Source: an uncultured Verrucomicrobiae bacterium (GTDB taxonomy: Bacteria > Verrucomicrobiota > Verrucomicrobiia > Chthoniobacterales > UBA10450). From it: 64,000 nt of DNA. Of this stretch, positions 62,104-64,000 are shown piece by piece. The notes under the pieces are model-generated. The model had not been told where the DNA came from, did no database searches, and saw nothing but the letters and a program-made list of their open reading frames with translations. The first letter of the stretch is position 1; every line of letters begins with the position of its first letter. The stretch lies in NCBI GenBank assembly GCA_963735805.1, contig CAVTMK010000004.1, forward strand, positions 64,001-128,000, written 5' to 3'. Made by a program: the position numbers and the translations under genes.

Positions 62104-62730
62104 GTGAGTGCCCTGTTTTTCAAGCAGTTTTTGAAACGTCCGTTTCAGATCGCGTCAATCGTCCCAAGTTCCAAGGCGCTGGTCGAACGTGTGGCCAGCA
62201 AGATGGATTTTAACCAGCCACGCGTGATTGCCGAGTACGGGCCGGGCGAAGGAGTGCATTCGCGCGAGATTGCACGACGGATGTGTCCGGATTCGAATCT
62301 CCTTTTGTTCGAGTTGGACCGGGCGTTCGCGCGCGATTTGGAACGGCAGTTTGCCGGCGACCAGCGTGTGCGTGTGATCCATGGCGATGCGGCATCGTTG
62401 CCGCACGAACTGAAAAGTCGGGGCATCGACTCCTGCGACTATATTCTTTCAGGTATTCCGTTCAGCATCCTTAAAGTTGAGAAGAAACGGGCGTTGTTGC
62501 AAAAAACACATGACGCGCTAGCGCCTGGTGGCAGCTTTATCATCTATCAAGTCACGAACGAATTGAGGCAGCATGCAACGCTGTTCGAGCACACCGAGTC
62601 GGAGTACTTCCTGCAGAACATACCGCCGATGTTCATCACTGTTTTTCAGAAGGCGGATCCGCAGGACGACCACCAATGTGGGACCCTGCGAGGCGCGAAC
62701 TTCAGCATTAGCGCAGATCGTTCGGCATGA
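62104..62730 (+). CDS. SAM-dependent methyltransferase, phospholipid N-methyltransferase-like
   Basis: F.K.FLKRP..IASIVPSS, EYGPGEG, GDA, ILSGIPF. Confidence 0.8.
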   Translation: MSALFFKQFLKRPFQIASIVPSSKALVERVASKMDFNQPRVIAEYGPGEGVHSREIARRMCPDSNLLLFELDRAFARDLERQFAGDQRVRVIHGDAASLPHELKSRGIDSCDYILSGIPFSILKVEKKRALLQKTHDALAPGGSFIIYQVTNELRQHATLFEHTESEYFLQNIPPMFITVFQKADPQDDHQCGTLRGANFSISADRSA

Positions 62731-64000
62731 CGGAAAAGCCGACCCGGACAGAAAAAGATTCGATGGGCGAGATGACGCTTCCTGCGTCTGCTCTTCACGG
62801 CGCATCGACTCACCGCGCCGTGCTAAATTTTCCGGTGAGCGGGTATCGGTTTTCTCGACCTTTCATTCGCGCTCTTGGTTTAATCAAAGGGGCTGCCGCG
62901 CAGGCGAATCACGATCTCGGTCTGCTTGATGCGGAGCGTTCCGCACTGATCGTCCAGGCGGCCGAAGAGGTTGTTGAAGGAAAACTCGACGACCATTTTC
63001 CCCTGGATATTTTTCAGACCGGCTCGGGCACGAGCACAAACACCAACGCAAACGAAGTCATCGCGAATCGGTGCGCCCAACTCGCAGGCAAGCCAATCGG
63101 GTCGCGTGAGCATGTTCATCCGAACGATCACGTGAACATGGGACAATCAAGTAACGACGTCATTCCTTCAGCGATCCACATCAGCGCGGCCGAAGAGTTG
63201 AAGAATTCCCTGATCCCGGCTCTGGCAAAATTGCACGCTGCACTTGAGGCCAAAGCGAAGGAATTCTGGAATGTCATAAAGATTGGGCGAACCCATTTGA
63301 TGGATGCCACGCCAGTTCGCCTGGGGCAGGAATTCTCCGGCTACGCCCAACAGATAGCTTACGCCAAAGAACGCGCACAGAAATCAATCGATGTTTTGCG
63401 TGAATTGGCGCTTGGCGGAACTGCGGTGGGCACCGGCCTGAATCGTCATGTTAACCTTCCGGAAAAAATGCTGCGCCACTTGGAGCAACGCACGGGCATC
63501 GCGTTTTACGAGGCAAAAGATCACTTTGAAGCGCAAGGCGGAAAGGACGCGGTCGTTGAAGTCAGCGGTCACTTGAAAACGATTGCAGTCAGTTTGTTTA
63601 AGATTGCGAACGACATCCGCTGGCTCGGGAGCGGCCCCCGCTGCGGGATCGGCGAAATCCAACTTCCGGCAACGCAACCCGGCAGCTCCATCATGCCCGG
63701 AAAAGTGAACCCAGTGATGTGCGAAGCAGTGATGATGGTCTGCGCGCAAGTGATCGGCAACGACGCCACTATTACCTGGGCCGGGGCAAATGGAAACTTC
63801 GAGCTCAACGTCATGATGCCAGTGATGGGACATAATGTTCTCGAGTCGATCCGGCTGCTGGCGAATGTGGTCGATGTTTTCTGCGATAAATGTGTCCGCG
63901 GGATTGTCGCGAATGAAGAGCGATGCCGCGAGTTGATCGAGTTATCTATGGCAATGGTAACGAGCCTTGCGCCCAAGATCGGCTACGATCGTGCCGCTGA
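62727..64000 (+). CDS. fumC: Fumarate hydratase class II (3' truncated)
   Basis: Manual translation: MTEKPTRTEKDSMGE, QTGSGT, HPNDHVNMGQSSND, KIGRTHLMDA, GSSIMPGKVNP; absent from the ORF track because there is no stop in the window. Confidence 0.95.
   Translation, partial: MTEKPTRTEKDSMGEMTLPASALHGASTHRAVLNFPVSGYRFSRPFIRALGLIKGAAAQANHDLGLLDAERSALIVQAAEEVVEGKLDDHFPLDIFQTGSGTSTNTNANEVIANRCAQLAGKPIGSREHVHPNDHVNMGQSSNDVIPSAIHISAAEELKNSLIPALAKLHAALEAKAKEFWNVIKIGRTHLMDATPVRLGQEFSGYAQQIAYAKERAQKSIDVLRELALGGTAVGTGLNRHVNLPEKMLRHLEQRTGIAFYEAKDHFEAQGGKDAVVEVSGHLKTIAVSLFKIANDIRWLGSGPRCGIGEIQLPATQPGSSIMPGKVNPVMCEAVMMVCAQVIGNDATITWAGANGNFELNVMMPVMGHNVLESIRLLANVVDVFCDKCVRGIVANEERCRELIELSMAMVTSLAPKIGYDRAA

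Overview
Bacterial DNA with every convincing CDS on the + strand. It holds about 61 kb of a large exopolysaccharide/surface-glycan locus: Wzy/WaaL-like polymerase, Wzx, Wza, an outer-membrane beta-barrel, many glycosyltransferases, nucleotide-sugar enzymes, two AsnB-like enzymes and an AMP-ligase/ACP/MBOAT acylation module. The locus is joined to an exosortase system (XrtC-like exosortase, PrsK/PrsR/PrsT, two VPDSG-CTERM-type proteins with sigma-54 promoters) and an RfaH/NusG paralog, then tRNA-Val(GAC), a methyltransferase and a partial fumC. The VPDGG sorting signals and Pro/Thr-linker proteins suggest Verrucomicrobiota, possibly Chthoniobacterales (inference). Several genes carry indel frameshifts, probably long-read consensus errors. 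Most notable: (1) a Fem-like GNAT gene whose stop codon lies inside an atypical tRNA-Thr(CGT) in mid-operon, a candidate dedicated-tRNA system for aminoacylating glycans; (2) a four-helix-bundle gene bracketed by mutually inverted 7-bp arrays and preceded by a perfect 16-bp hairpin; (3) a recurrent 17-bp YGT-N11-ACR box outlining a likely PrsR regulon that includes giant repeat proteins with no sorting signal. All family calls come from motif recognition by eye, not database searches.
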